64,000 nucleotides of DNA from Patescibacteria group bacterium (GCA_018826905.1 JAHJYC010000003.1:36963-100962), one strand, 5' to 3'. Shown: positions 28,382-37,945, counted from the first letter of the stretch. Notes: generated from the letters alone by a model not told the origin. Made by a program: numbers and translations.

Positions 28382-28842
28382 GTTCTCCGATACCGGCCAA
28401 TTAGTTCTACGCGTTCAAGCACGTGTCCGTCTAATGCATCTTCAACGTGCTCTCTTGAGGAGCCGGGGGGCAGATCAAGCATCGTATCTAGAGCGAAAAG
28501 TTTAAAGAAGTACCGATGTTCTGCCGGATCGTATTCAGGAGGCGGACATGGCCCTGTGTACTGTGCGTCTCCTCTCGTGTTCATACCAAGGTGTCCTGGA
28601 TGCGTGCCCTCGGGAATCTCTTCAGTGTCGGCGGGAATATTAAAAAGTACCCAGTGCGTAAAAAGCTTGTCGGGGAGTATCTCAGCAGGCACATCTGGAT
28701 CGTCTGCAATAAGCACAAAGGATTTGGTATCCTCGGGAGCATCTTCTATATATAGAGGAGGGGACAAAAACCTATCTCCATCGCAAGTGTACTTAGTTGG
28801 GATGAGTTCTCCGTCTTCAAATGCAGGACTGGTTAGTTTCAT
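28378..28842 (-). CDS. YbhB/YbcL-family PEBP (Raf-kinase-inhibitor-like) protein
   Basis: FVLIADDPDVP...THWVLFNIPADT...GPCPPPEYDPAEHRYFFKLFALD UPF0098 signature. Confidence 0.8.
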   Translation of the reverse strand: MKLTSPAFEDGELIPTKYTCDGDRFLSPPLYIEDAPEDTKSFVLIADDPDVPAEILPDKLFTHWVLFNIPADTEEIPEGTHPGHLGMNTRGDAQYTGPCPPPEYDPAEHRYFFKLFALDTMLDLPPGSSREHVEDALDGHVLERVELIGRYRRT

Positions 28843-29009
28843 TTTAGCAGTGTACTAGAGGCGGAGTGAATGCTTGATGAGTTAATCCTACTTTAATAAT
28901 GCCCACGCAACTAAATTGGATTTGGAACATGATCTAGATTTGTATTTGCATGGTTCGCTTTACACAATAAGATTTACAAATCTGGGCTTAGCATCGCACA
29001 TTGAAGTGA

Positions 29010-30041
29010 GTGTATAATTATCCGAATGGGAACACTCGGTCCGAAACGAGCACCAAAGACATGATAACGAATGATCTGTACTCCAAAATTCTCCTAGAAC
29101 CCGCCGAAAGGGGAGGCGATGAATTGTTTATTGTCAGCGGATATGCGTCTGCCACATTTGCAAGACGTCACTTAAAAGATTTGTCTGAACGCAAAGAAGA
29201 CACAAAAATAAACCTAATTATTGGGATGCCAAAGAATACGGTGGACCATAATGCCTATTTACAACTGCACACTGAATTTGGCAACAGGTTTCGTGGCTAC
29301 TACCTGAAGTCAACGCCACCAGTCCATAGTAAAGTGTTCACTTGGTTTAATTCAGGCAAACCTCAAGAGGCATACAGCGGTTCTGCCAACTATAGTCAGT
29401 ATGGCTTTTTTGAGGACAAGCAAAGAAACCAGATGGTTAGTGACAACTCTATAGAAATAAAAAATTTCTTTGATGATCTGCTGAGTTCATCCATATTTAT
29501 GCCGCATGCTGAGATAGATAACTCAGCAGTCTTCTACAGGGTACAGAAAGTTCATGGAAGTGTACCGGCAGGAGGCGTAGAGTGGATAGAGTTAGGGAAA
29601 ACAGTGAGAATTAGTTTCCTAGATAAAAAGGGTATGTTGCCTCCAGTTTCAGGACTGAACTGGGGACAGAGGAAAGAGAAGAGAATAAACAAAGGAACGG
29701 GTGAAGTAAAATATGTGCTACGAGAAAAGAACCAAGCGTACTTGAGTTTAAAGGGTGATGTTAGAGAAGAAGGTTTCCTTCCTAAGATGGCATATAACTT
29801 CACTTTACTAACCGATGACAACGCTTCCTTTGATTGCGTAGTTGCACAGGAGGGCAGGAAAGCAATTCATTCTACAAATGACAACAGTGAACTAGGTAGG
29901 TATTTTCGTAAAAGACTAGGGCTTGAGCCAGGAGCTTTTGTTACAGTTGAAGACTTGGAGCGATACGGAAGAACCGACTATACTTTGTCTAAAATTGACG
30001 ATGAGAACTTCCTATTGGATTTTTCCGTAAAGCCAAATTAA
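29010..30041 (+). CDS. Type II restriction endonuclease, phospholipase-D (HKD) superfamily, BfiI/NgoFVII-like, with C-terminal DNA-binding region
   Basis: DELFIVSGYAS... and HSKVFTWFNS...GSANYS correspond to BfiI TLYLISGFSN... / HAKLYG...SSGNFT (HxK...GSxN); more likely start is ATG 29060 (MITNDLY) downstream of a TGTATAAT -10 at 29011-29018; 3' end overlaps the convergent MTase by 4 nt. Confidence 0.65.
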   Translation: MYNYPNGNTRSETSTKDMITNDLYSKILLEPAERGGDELFIVSGYASATFARRHLKDLSERKEDTKINLIIGMPKNTVDHNAYLQLHTEFGNRFRGYYLKSTPPVHSKVFTWFNSGKPQEAYSGSANYSQYGFFEDKQRNQMVSDNSIEIKNFFDDLLSSSIFMPHAEIDNSAVFYRVQKVHGSVPAGGVEWIELGKTVRISFLDKKGMLPPVSGLNWGQRKEKRINKGTGEVKYVLREKNQAYLSLKGDVREEGFLPKMAYNFTLLTDDNASFDCVVAQEGRKAIHSTNDNSELGRYFRKRLGLEPGAFVTVEDLERYGRTDYTLSKIDDENFLLDFSVKPN

Positions 30042-31135
30042 AAAATATCGTTTTTAATTTCTTCAATAGAGAATTTAGAATCTACCGACGGGTAAGGGAT
30101 CCCTGCAAAAGTCTTAAGAACAGCTTCTACAATTATTTTTGCACCAAGCGGAGGTACCGCCATGCCTATTTGCTTTCTTACACTCTCCTTTGGGCCTTTA
30201 AAAATAAAATTGTCAGGGAAGCTCTGTATTCGGGCCCTTTCGCGGTTTGTAAGTGCACGTGGTTCTATCCAGTGATACACATGTGTGCCACCACCTCCGC
30301 TTCCTGTGATTGTGTAAGATGGCTTATTGGGATCAAGACGCTTATAAATTTGGCTCATCTTAGCTCCTTTGACATTAAGTCGAAGATGTTTAGGGAGACC
30401 TTCATACCACGCGTTTTCGCCGGCAGGAATATGCAAAAGACGTTCAATTACGTGAGTAGCTTGCTTAGTGTGTTCATTATTGGACACTTCTTTGGGTATT
30501 GGCGGCTTCTCAAGGGCCATCTTTGCTGTGACAGGTTTATTCTTTGTGGTTGGAGCAGGAATTCTGAACTCAAGTCCTTGGTCTTTTCTTATCCCAATAA
30601 TTACAACGCGGTGCCTTTGTTGAGGAACGCCATATTCCTCGAATTTATATAGATGAGGGTATAGATTGTATCCCTTACCTGCAGCCTGAAGATCGGTAAG
30701 AATTTTCTTAAAGGCCTCACCTCCGTTTGCGCTCTGTAGACCGCCAACATTTTCAGCAAAAAACCATAGAGGGTTATGTTCATTTATTGCTTTTACACCA
30801 TATGTATAAAGGGGACCATATTTGCCGTTAAATCCTTTCTGCTTGCCAACTAAACTGAAATCGTTGCATGGAAAACCAAAAGCCAAGGCATCAAATTTAG
30901 GGATTTTTTTGAAATCAACTTTTTCAACAGGGCCACAGAAGACTCTTTTCTGGTTACCATGATGTATGTTTAACGCGTATGTTTGGCAGGTGTCCTCATC
31001 AATATCATTGGCCCAAACTGGAACTACCTTATACACAGCATTGCCTTTTTTCACCTCTGCCATGGAGGCGCCAAGACTTAGACCGCCTGGGCCACAGAAC
31101 AGCTCGGCAAAACGGAATTCTACCTTCTTTTTCAT
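30038..31135 (-). CDS. DNA (cytosine-5)-methyltransferase
   Basis: Motif I FCGPGG, motif IV PCNDFS, motif VI ENV, C-terminal motifs; start taken at MKKKVEF. Confidence 0.9.
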   Translation of the reverse strand: MKKKVEFRFAELFCGPGGLSLGASMAEVKKGNAVYKVVPVWANDIDEDTCQTYALNIHHGNQKRVFCGPVEKVDFKKIPKFDALAFGFPCNDFSLVGKQKGFNGKYGPLYTYGVKAINEHNPLWFFAENVGGLQSANGGEAFKKILTDLQAAGKGYNLYPHLYKFEEYGVPQQRHRVVIIGIRKDQGLEFRIPAPTTKNKPVTAKMALEKPPIPKEVSNNEHTKQATHVIERLLHIPAGENAWYEGLPKHLRLNVKGAKMSQIYKRLDPNKPSYTITGSGGGGTHVYHWIEPRALTNRERARIQSFPDNFIFKGPKESVRKQIGMAVPPLGAKIIVEAVLKTFAGIPYPSVDSKFSIEEIKNDIF

Positions 31136-31185
31136 AATAAGAATCCTAGCACTATAGTAATAATTTTGCAGCAACGAAATTTAAG

Positions 31186-31213
31186 TACCCTAACTTATAA
31201 GCTAGGGTACTGC
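31186..31213. promoter_or_regulatory. 14-bp near-perfect inverted repeat upstream of the methyltransferase gene (possible operator)
   Basis: agtaccctaacttataagctagggtact, about 50 nt upstream of the M-gene ATG. Confidence 0.3.
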
Positions 31214-31351
31214 CTCAGTTGCCCGGCACTAGCGATTGATAGGATTCACTCCATGATAGGCGCTATACCCCATGTGTAGGAAATGGTTGCATTTCCAGAG
31301 CAGCTCTTATATAGTGCTTTTAGCTCCCACGGGGGAGTTTTCATTTGCTGC

Positions 31352-31762
31352 ATGGCTACAATAAATCAACTCACCAAGAAAGCTCGTAAGAATACAACCA
31401 AGAAAACTAAGGTTGTGGCTCTTGGTCGTGGATTTAATGCACTTAAGAACCGTCCTACGTTTTACCCTGCTCCGTTTAAGCGCGGTGTATGTGTAAAAGT
31501 AACGACAAAAACCCCTCGTAAGCCTAACTCTGCTATTCGTAAGATCGCTCGTGTGCGCCTTACAAACGGTATGGAAGTAACGGCATATATCCCTGGAGAG
31601 GGACACAACCTCCAAGAGCACTCAGTAGTTATGCTTCGCGGTGGACGCGTGAAGGACATTGGTGTTCAGTACACTATCGTTCGCGGACGCCTTGATACTG
31701 CTGGTCTTGATAAGCGCCGCCGTGGTCGCTCTAAGTACGGAGCTAAAAAGCCTAAGGCATAG
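31352..31762 (+). CDS. rpsL: 30S ribosomal protein S12
   Basis: [13 protein letters not shown]...; start moved to the internal ATG. Confidence 0.9.
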   Translation: MATINQLTKKARKNTTKKTKVVALGRGFNALKNRPTFYPAPFKRGVCVKVTTKTPRKPNSAIRKIARVRLTNGMEVTAYIPGEGHNLQEHSVVMLRGGRVKDIGVQYTIVRGRLDTAGLDKRRRGRSKYGAKKPKA

Positions 31763-31774
31763 TTTTAAAACATC

Positions 31775-32239
31775 ATGCGACACCCAGTAAAGAACAAGTA
31801 CCCACGCCGTCCGGACCTCGTATACCAGTCCGAAGCTATTTCACGTTTCATTAACACTGTTATGTGGGACGGAAAGAAAGATACAGCCACTAAGCTCGTA
31901 TACGACGCACTAGACCTCATCAAGGCACAGGAGATGGACCCCCTAGAGACATTTGAGACTGCTATCCGCAACGTCTCTCCGCTCATGGAAGTTCGTTCAC
32001 GACGCGTCGGAGGTGCAAACTACCAGGTTCCTCGTGAAGTACCTCAGCAGCGCCGCGTATCTCTCGCATACCGCTGGCTCATTAACGCAGCGCGCTCTCA
32101 GAAGGGAAAGCCAATGGCACAGAAGCTTGCAAATGAGATTCTCCTTGCCGTTAAGAACGAGGGAACTGCAATTAAAAAGAAGGACGACATGCACCGCATG
32201 GCAGATGCCAACAAGGCCTTCGCACACTTCGCCTGGTAA
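31775..32239 (+). CDS. rpsG: 30S ribosomal protein S7
   Basis: 154 aa, S7 family. Confidence 0.9.
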   Translation: MRHPVKNKYPRRPDLVYQSEAISRFINTVMWDGKKDTATKLVYDALDLIKAQEMDPLETFETAIRNVSPLMEVRSRRVGGANYQVPREVPQQRRVSLAYRWLINAARSQKGKPMAQKLANEILLAVKNEGTAIKKKDDMHRMADANKAFAHFAW

Positions 32240-32251
32240 CAAACTAACAAG

Positions 32252-32277
32252 AGACCGCCCAACGAGGCGGTTTTTTG
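32252..32277 (+). terminator. rho-independent terminator after rpsG
   Basis: gaccgcccaacgaggcggttttttg. Confidence 0.7.
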
Positions 32278-32292
32278 ATGCCCTATGTACTA

Positions 32293-32321
32293 TTGACAAA
32301 TATGGTGTATTGTGCTATGTT
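32293..32321 (+). promoter_or_regulatory. sigma70-like promoter (TTGACA-N17-TATGTT) driving the first gene of the two-gene high-GC cassette
   Basis: tattgacaaatatggtgtattgtgctatgttgg. Confidence 0.45.
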
Positions 32322-32380
32322 GGTAAGGAAGTGCTTGCTGTTTCCATTCGTTCAACAAAGTCCTGAGGAGGGACACGACA

Positions 32381-32632
32381 ATGACCAAGACACAGACCAA
32401 AGAAGAGGTCTTCAACTTCATGAACCGTCTGGGCCTGATCATCGCCATCACGGGTGTTCTGGTGATGGTGCCCGGCGCCTATCTGACCCTCCACGTCGCC
32501 TTCTTCGGCGTCGCGGACCCGGCCGTCACCGGCGCCCTCATCTTCGGTTCCTACCTGGGTGGCGGCGCTACGCTGGCCGTCGGGCTGGCCCTCAAGGGCA
32601 TCGCCTGGGTCACCCGCTTCGGCTGGCACTGA
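32381..32632 (+). CDS. high-GC small 2-TM membrane protein (83 aa)
   Basis: gaggaggg SD; MTKTQTKEEVFNFMNRLGLIIAITGVLVMVPGAYL...; GC3 biased. Confidence 0.5.
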   Translation: MTKTQTKEEVFNFMNRLGLIIAITGVLVMVPGAYLTLHVAFFGVADPAVTGALIFGSYLGGGATLAVGLALKGIAWVTRFGWH

Positions 32633-32770
32633 CCACGTGTCTTTCTTCAAAGACACAGAACTCGGAAGAGCTCTGGACATCCTCGGCGCCGTGATCATCA
32701 TCGCCGTGGTGTCGCACCCTCTGTTCCAGGGATGGTTGGTTTCAGTCGTGAGCTGAACGAACACAAAAGG

Positions 32771-32815
32771 GCTCGGACCGCAGCGATATGCGTGGTCCGG
32801 GCTCTTTCTCTTTAC
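32771..32815 (+). terminator. internal terminator between the two cassette genes
   Basis: gctcggaccgcagcgatatgcgtggtccgggc 9-bp stem + tctttctcttt. Confidence 0.5.
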
Positions 32816-32889
32816 ATATATGGGTTCTGGGAGTACTTTTTCAGTTCAACTGAAGTCCTTTCAGTTGGAAGTTCAAGGAGGGAAGAGAG

Positions 32890-33099
32890 ATGTCGCTTAA
32901 GAAGATGCTTGGTGTTCCGGTGCTGATTTCGGCCGGGCTCGCGCTCATCATCGCTGCCACCAATACGATCGCACATGCAGGTGGCGCGAAGACGCCCGAA
33001 GACCAGCTGGTGATCGCCTTCGGTCTCGGCGTCGGGATCTGTATCCTTTTCGGTGCTGGTTTTCTGGCCGCCTGGCCGAAGAATCCTCAGCAGCCCTGA
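32890..33099 (+). CDS. high-GC small 2-TM membrane / secreted protein (69 aa)
   Basis: aaggagggaagagag SD; MSLKKMLGVPVLISAGLALIIAATNTIAHAGG... Confidence 0.5.
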   Translation: MSLKKMLGVPVLISAGLALIIAATNTIAHAGGAKTPEDQLVIAFGLGVGICILFGAGFLAAWPKNPQQP

Positions 33100-33117
33100 C
33101 CAACACAGAACATTCAA

Positions 33118-33150
33118 GCCCGAGCGCAAAGCGCCCGGGCCTTTTTCTTG
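33118..33150 (+). terminator. rho-independent terminator of the cassette
   Basis: gcccgagcgcaaagcgcccgggcctttttctt. Confidence 0.65.
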
Positions 33151-33218
33151 CCTTTTCCTGCTCCTAAACGTATCTTATAGCTAACGCCCTGGCGGCTTTT
33201 ATTTTATTTATACCTACT

Positions 33219-35366
33219 ATGAATCGCGATTATCCCCTAGAGAAAGTGCGCAACTTCGGAATTGTGGCCCACGTGGACGCAGGAAAGACGACTACGTCTG
33301 AACGCGTGCTCTACTACACAGGTTCCCAGCACAAAATTGGTGAGGTGCACGAAGGAGAGACCACCACTGACTGGATGGAACAAGAGCGTGAGCGCGGAAT
33401 CACTATTACCGCAGCGGCTATTACCTGTTTCTGGACTCGTACAAATGAACCAGACAAGAAGGACCTTGCTAAGAAGTACCGTTTCAATGTGATTGATACG
33501 CCAGGACACATTGACTTCACTGCTGAGGTAAAGCGCTCTATGCGCGTGCTTGATGGAGCTATTGTGGTGTTTGACGGCGTGGCTGGTGTTGAGCCACAGT
33601 CTGAGACTAACTGGCGCTACGCTGACGAAGCGGGAGTACCTCGTGTTTGTTTCATCAACAAGCTAGACCGCACCGGAGCGTCTTTTGAAGACTCATACAA
33701 GTCTATTCTTGATCGTCTTTCAAAGAAGGCTGTGCGTGCTCAGATCCCTATGGGAGCTGAGGGAGACTTTGAGGGAGTAGTGGACCTTCTTTCTATGAAG
33801 GCCTTCACGTTCTCTGGAAACATGGGAGAGGAGGTTACTGAAGGAGAGGTGCCAGAGAAGTACGTAGAGGAGGCAAAGAAGTATCGCGCTGAGTTTATTG
33901 AGCGCATCGTTGAGCACGACGAAGAGCAAATGAATGCCTTTTTTGAAGGAAACGAGCCATCTCTAGAAGATCTTAAGAAAACGCTTCGCAAGGCAGTTAT
34001 CGCAAACGAGATTTTCCCTGTGTACACCGGGTCTGCCCTTAAGAACAAGGGAGTACAGCTCGTACTTGATGCAGTTGTTGATTATCTTCCAAGCCCGCTA
34101 GACCTTCCTCCTGTTAAGGGATTGAACCCAAAGACAGGTGAAGAGATTGAACGAAAGGCAGATGACGCTGAACCGTTTACAGCGCTTGCGTTCAAGCTTC
34201 AGACTGACCCATTCGTGGGAGCACTCACGTTCTTCCGTGTGTATGCGGGAACAGTAGCTGCAGGCTCCTATGTATACAACTCAAGCACAGGAACAAAGGA
34301 GCGTGTTGGACGTATTGTACGTCTGCAGGCAGACAAGCGTGAGGAAGTAGATAAGGTGTTCACCGGAGAGATTGCCGCTATGGTGGGTCTTAAGGACACA
34401 AAGACGTCACACACTCTCTGCGATGAAGCAAATCCAATTGTGCTTGAAGAGATTAAGTTCCCTGAGCCAGTGGTATCCCTTCGTATTGAGCCAAAGACAA
34501 AGGCGGACCAGGAGAAGATGGGTATGGCGCTTCGCAAGCTTGCTGATGAAGATCCTACCTTCAAGGTAACGACTGATGACGAGACTGCTGAGACAATTAT
34601 GGCAGGTATGGGTGAGCTGCATCTTGAGATTCTCGTTGATCGTATGAAGCGCGAGTTTAATGTGGAAGCGAATGTCGGTAAGCCACAGGTGGCATACCGC
34701 GAAACCATCCTTGGTGCTGCTGACGTGGACAACAAGTACATCAAGCAGACGGGAGGTAAGGGTCAGTACGGACACGTGAAGATTAAGATCAAGCATCTTG
34801 AGCCAGTTGATCCTGAAGCAAAGGTTGCGAAGAACGTTACTCGTGAAGATCACTTTGAGTTCATCAACAACATCAAGGGAGGTGTTATTCCTCAGGAGTA
34901 CATCAACCCTATTGAAAAGGGTATTCGCGAAGCAATGAATCGCGGAGTGCTTGCGGGGTATCAGATGGTAGATGTGTCTGTTGATCTCTATGACGGATCA
35001 TTCCACGAAGTGGACTCGTCTGAAATCGCTTTCAAGATTGCCGCTTCTCAGGCATTCCAGGAAGCAGCACAGAAAGCAAAGCCAGTTATCCTTGAGCCAA
35101 TTATGAATGTTGAAGTGGTTATCCCTGAGCAGTTCATGGGTGACATCACGGGCTCACTTTCAGGAAAGCGCGGGGCTATTGAGGGTATGGAGGATCGTGG
35201 AATGAATAAAGCTGTACACGCGAAGGTGCCGCTTTCAGAAATGTTCGGATATACCACAACCCTTCGCTCAATGACTGAAGGACGTGGATCTATGACTATG
35301 GAGTTTGATCACTACGAAGTAGTGCCAAGCAACGTAGCGCAGGATATTATCGCGAGCCGCAAGTAA
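33219..35366 (+). CDS. fusA: elongation factor G
   Basis: 715 aa; AHVDAGKTT, DTPGHIDF, NKLD G-motifs; domains II-V. Confidence 0.95.
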   Translation: MNRDYPLEKVRNFGIVAHVDAGKTTTSERVLYYTGSQHKIGEVHEGETTTDWMEQERERGITITAAAITCFWTRTNEPDKKDLAKKYRFNVIDTPGHIDFTAEVKRSMRVLDGAIVVFDGVAGVEPQSETNWRYADEAGVPRVCFINKLDRTGASFEDSYKSILDRLSKKAVRAQIPMGAEGDFEGVVDLLSMKAFTFSGNMGEEVTEGEVPEKYVEEAKKYRAEFIERIVEHDEEQMNAFFEGNEPSLEDLKKTLRKAVIANEIFPVYTGSALKNKGVQLVLDAVVDYLPSPLDLPPVKGLNPKTGEEIERKADDAEPFTALAFKLQTDPFVGALTFFRVYAGTVAAGSYVYNSSTGTKERVGRIVRLQADKREEVDKVFTGEIAAMVGLKDTKTSHTLCDEANPIVLEEIKFPEPVVSLRIEPKTKADQEKMGMALRKLADEDPTFKVTTDDETAETIMAGMGELHLEILVDRMKREFNVEANVGKPQVAYRETILGAADVDNKYIKQTGGKGQYGHVKIKIKHLEPVDPEAKVAKNVTREDHFEFINNIKGGVIPQEYINPIEKGIREAMNRGVLAGYQMVDVSVDLYDGSFHEVDSSEIAFKIAASQAFQEAAQKAKPVILEPIMNVEVVIPEQFMGDITGSLSGKRGAIEGMEDRGMNKAVHAKVPLSEMFGYTTTLRSMTEGRGSMTMEFDHYEVVPSNVAQDIIASRK

Positions 35367-35385
35367 AAAGATAAAGGTTTGTACA

Positions 35386-35415
35386 CAAAACCGCCTCAGT
35401 AAGGGGCGGTTTTGT
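35386..35415 (+). terminator. rho-independent terminator after fusA
   Basis: aaaaccgcctcagtaaggggcggttttg. Confidence 0.65.
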
Positions 35416-36058
35416 GCTACGGTGTACCTATATGACCAAACGAACTAAAGCTTTCCTTGCTGTTTTTGTAGTAGTTGCCCTTGGTGCGTACGGATATTTG
35501 TATTGGTGGGCAAATACTCCAGAGCACGGAGTCTTTGATTCTATCCCTATCGTGCGTGAGGTGTCGGACTCTCTTTCAAAGGGAGTAGTGCGTACTCCAG
35601 TTGTTGAGGAAGAGGCAGTAGTAGAAGAAGAGGAGAGTGTTCCTGTTGATACACAGACCTATAAGACATATGAGAACACTACGCAGAAGTTCAGCTTGGA
35701 CTATCCGGACACTTGGATTCCAACCGTTACGAACATAGACGGTGTTATGACGCTCTGTATCACTGATACTGAAGCAACGGGCCCTTGCATGCTTACCGTT
35801 GAGAGCGAAGCAGAGGGTGTGAATGTGAGCGAGGAGAAGACTTATATTGCGCTTAAGGCTGAGTACCGCGCTGGCAAGCTTACTGAGCTTGAGCGCGCTG
35901 TTGGCGGAGAGATGGGACGATTGCTCCGTATTTCAGGAGAACCAACAGTGAGTCGTGTGGTGGTATTCAGTCACGAAGGACGTGTCTACACTGTTTCAGC
36001 CCTTGAAGGACAGGAAACTGTATTTGATCGGGCAACTGAGTCCTTTAGATTCCAGTAA
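35414..36058 (+). CDS. hypothetical membrane-anchored protein (likely start ATG 35432, MTKRTKAFLAVF...)
   Basis: Single N-terminal TM, acidic linker EEEAVVEEEE, beta-rich C-domain; unusual position between fusA and tuf. Confidence 0.5.
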   Translation: MLRCTYMTKRTKAFLAVFVVVALGAYGYLYWWANTPEHGVFDSIPIVREVSDSLSKGVVRTPVVEEEAVVEEEESVPVDTQTYKTYENTTQKFSLDYPDTWIPTVTNIDGVMTLCITDTEATGPCMLTVESEAEGVNVSEEKTYIALKAEYRAGKLTELERAVGGEMGRLLRISGEPTVSRVVVFSHEGRVYTVSALEGQETVFDRATESFRFQ

Positions 36059-36314
36059 ACCCAACATTTCGGAACAGGCAGGCAGCAGTGCCTGCCTGTT
36101 CCCATTTTAGGCAGATATTTTCTTGACCTTTGTTACTCGCTCCGGTACCTTAAGAAGTAACGCGAAATACGGCGCTCTTTTCAATATTCCTCTCCATACG
36201 GAGCCTGGGATGGCTGAAAGACGTTGCGCGGGTTATGCCCAACGCCTTGGTCGCCTGGTTTCAGGCAGGCGCGGCAGCATGTTATTCAACTAGCTACCAG
36301 TAATTTTAGAACGT

Positions 36315-37517
36315 ATGGCAGATGTATTTGATCGCAGCAAGCCGCACATGAACGTGGGTACTATTGGCCACGTTGACCACGGCAAGACGACCCTAACGGC
36401 GTCAATCCTTAATGTGCTTAACCTAAACGCTGACAAGGGCTACAAGGCTCGTGCAGAGAAGGTTGAGAACATCGACAACGCTCCTGAAGAGAAGGCGCGT
36501 GGTATTACCATTGCTCTTCACCACTCGGAGTACGAGAGCCCAAACCGTCACTACGCACACATTGACGCTCCAGGCCACGCCGACTACATCAAGAACATGA
36601 TCACAGGAGCCGCTCAGATGGACGGCGCTGTGCTCGTAGTCGCCGCGACCGACGGCGCGATGCCGCAGACCCGCGAGCACATTCTCCTAGCTAAGCAGGT
36701 TGGTGTGCCTCGTCTCATCATCTTCCTCAACAAGGTTGATATGGTTGATGATGCAGACATGCTAGACCTCGTGGAGGAAGAGATCCGTGAACTTCTTACG
36801 AAGCAGGGATACGACGGTGCAGAGACTCCAATTATCCGCGGTTCTGGACTCAAGGCTCTTGAGGCAACCAGCGCAGATGATGAGTACGCACTCAAAGTGA
36901 AGGAGCTTGTTGACACTATGGACAGCTACTTCCCGCAGCCAGAGCGCGAGCTTGATAAGCCATTCCTTATGCCAATTGAGGACATCTTCTCAATTGAAGG
37001 ACGTGGAACCGTTATCACTGGTCGCATTGAGCGCGGTGTGGTTAAGGTTGGTGAGGAAATTGAGATCGTTGGTCTCAAGGACACCGTTAAGACCACCGTT
37101 ACCGGTATTGAGATGTTCAACAAGCAGCTCCAGGAGGGACAGGCTGGCGACAACGCTGGTATCCTTCTTCGCGGAACTAAGAAGGAGGACGTACATCGCG
37201 GACAGGTTCTTGCGAAGGTAGGTTCTGTAAAGCCGCACACTGAGTTTGAGGCTGAGGTATACGTTCTTTCTAAGGACGAGGGTGGACGTCATACTCCATT
37301 CTTCTCAGGCTACAAGCCTCAGTTCTATGTTCGTACAACGGACGTAACTGGAGAGGTAACCCTTCCAGACGGAAAGGAGATGGTTATGCCGGGTGACACT
37401 GTTACCTTCAAGGTAAAGCTCACTGCACCAATCGCACTTGAGGACAACTTCCGTTTCTCAGTACGTGAGGGAGGACGCACTGTAGGTGCTGGCGTGGTCA
37501 CGAAGATCATCGCGTAA
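36315..37517 (+). CDS. tuf: elongation factor Tu
   Basis: [21 protein letters not shown]; 400 aa. Confidence 0.95.
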   Translation: MADVFDRSKPHMNVGTIGHVDHGKTTLTASILNVLNLNADKGYKARAEKVENIDNAPEEKARGITIALHHSEYESPNRHYAHIDAPGHADYIKNMITGAAQMDGAVLVVAATDGAMPQTREHILLAKQVGVPRLIIFLNKVDMVDDADMLDLVEEEIRELLTKQGYDGAETPIIRGSGLKALEATSADDEYALKVKELVDTMDSYFPQPERELDKPFLMPIEDIFSIEGRGTVITGRIERGVVKVGEEIEIVGLKDTVKTTVTGIEMFNKQLQEGQAGDNAGILLRGTKKEDVHRGQVLAKVGSVKPHTEFEAEVYVLSKDEGGRHTPFFSGYKPQFYVRTTDVTGEVTLPDGKEMVMPGDTVTFKVKLTAPIALEDNFRFSVREGGRTVGAGVVTKIIA

Positions 37518-37540
37518 GTTTCCTGGATTATCTTACTCGT

Positions 37541-37897
37541 ATGGCAACCACCACAAAGAAGACCGTAAAGAAAGAGGCTGCGCCAGCAGGCGAGCCAAAG
37601 CTCCGGATCCGGGTACGTGCCTACGAGCACAAAATCCTGGATCTCTCAGTGAAGCAGATCATGGACACAGCAGCTCGCTTTGAAGCGAAGACTGTTGGAC
37701 CAGTTCCGCTTCCAACTGAAATTAAGCGTTGGACCGTTAACCGCTCAACCTTCGTGCATAAGGATGCACGTGAGCAGTTTGAAATGCGCATCCACAAGCG
37801 TCTTATAGACATCCTTTCGCCAAACCCAAAGGTTATTGAGGCTCTCACGAATCTCACCCTTCCTTCTGGAGTGACGATTGATGTAAAGATGGTCTAG
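37541..37897 (+). CDS. rpsJ: 30S ribosomal protein S10 with ~15-aa N-terminal extension
   Basis: ...KLRIRVRAYEHKILD... S10 core. Confidence 0.9.
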   Translation: MATTTKKTVKKEAAPAGEPKLRIRVRAYEHKILDLSVKQIMDTAARFEAKTVGPVPLPTEIKRWTVNRSTFVHKDAREQFEMRIHKRLIDILSPNPKVIEALTNLTLPSGVTIDVKMV

Positions 37898-37914
37898 TCC
37901 CGAGAGGGATAGAA

Positions 37915-37945
37915 GCAAAACCGCCCGAGAGGGCGGTTTTGTGTT
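37915..37945 (+). terminator. rho-independent terminator after rpsJ
   Basis: aaaaccgcccgagagggcggttttgtg. Confidence 0.65.

Noticed and set aside
29010-29059. GTG start at 29010 for the restriction endonuclease
   Set aside because: The GTG overlaps a TGTATAAT -10-like element, so ATG 29060 (MITNDLY...) is the more plausible start. The feature is reported with the ORF-track coordinates and a note.
32559-32756. 65-aa ORF inside cassette 4
   Set aside because: Its N-terminal part overlaps the end of the first cassette gene and a hairpin in another frame. Only the C-terminal 39-aa hydrophobic segment, with a possible GTG start at 32636, might be real, and I mention it in the findings as uncertain.
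36150-36300. Possible tRNA genes upstream of tuf
   Set aside because: No GTTCRANYC T-loop, no anticodon-stem pattern and no CCA-proximal acceptor pairing were found by eye. I treat it as a leader.
36423-37292. Several 85-104-aa ORFs antisense or off-frame within tuf
   Set aside because: They are embedded in a highly conserved EF-Tu coding frame.
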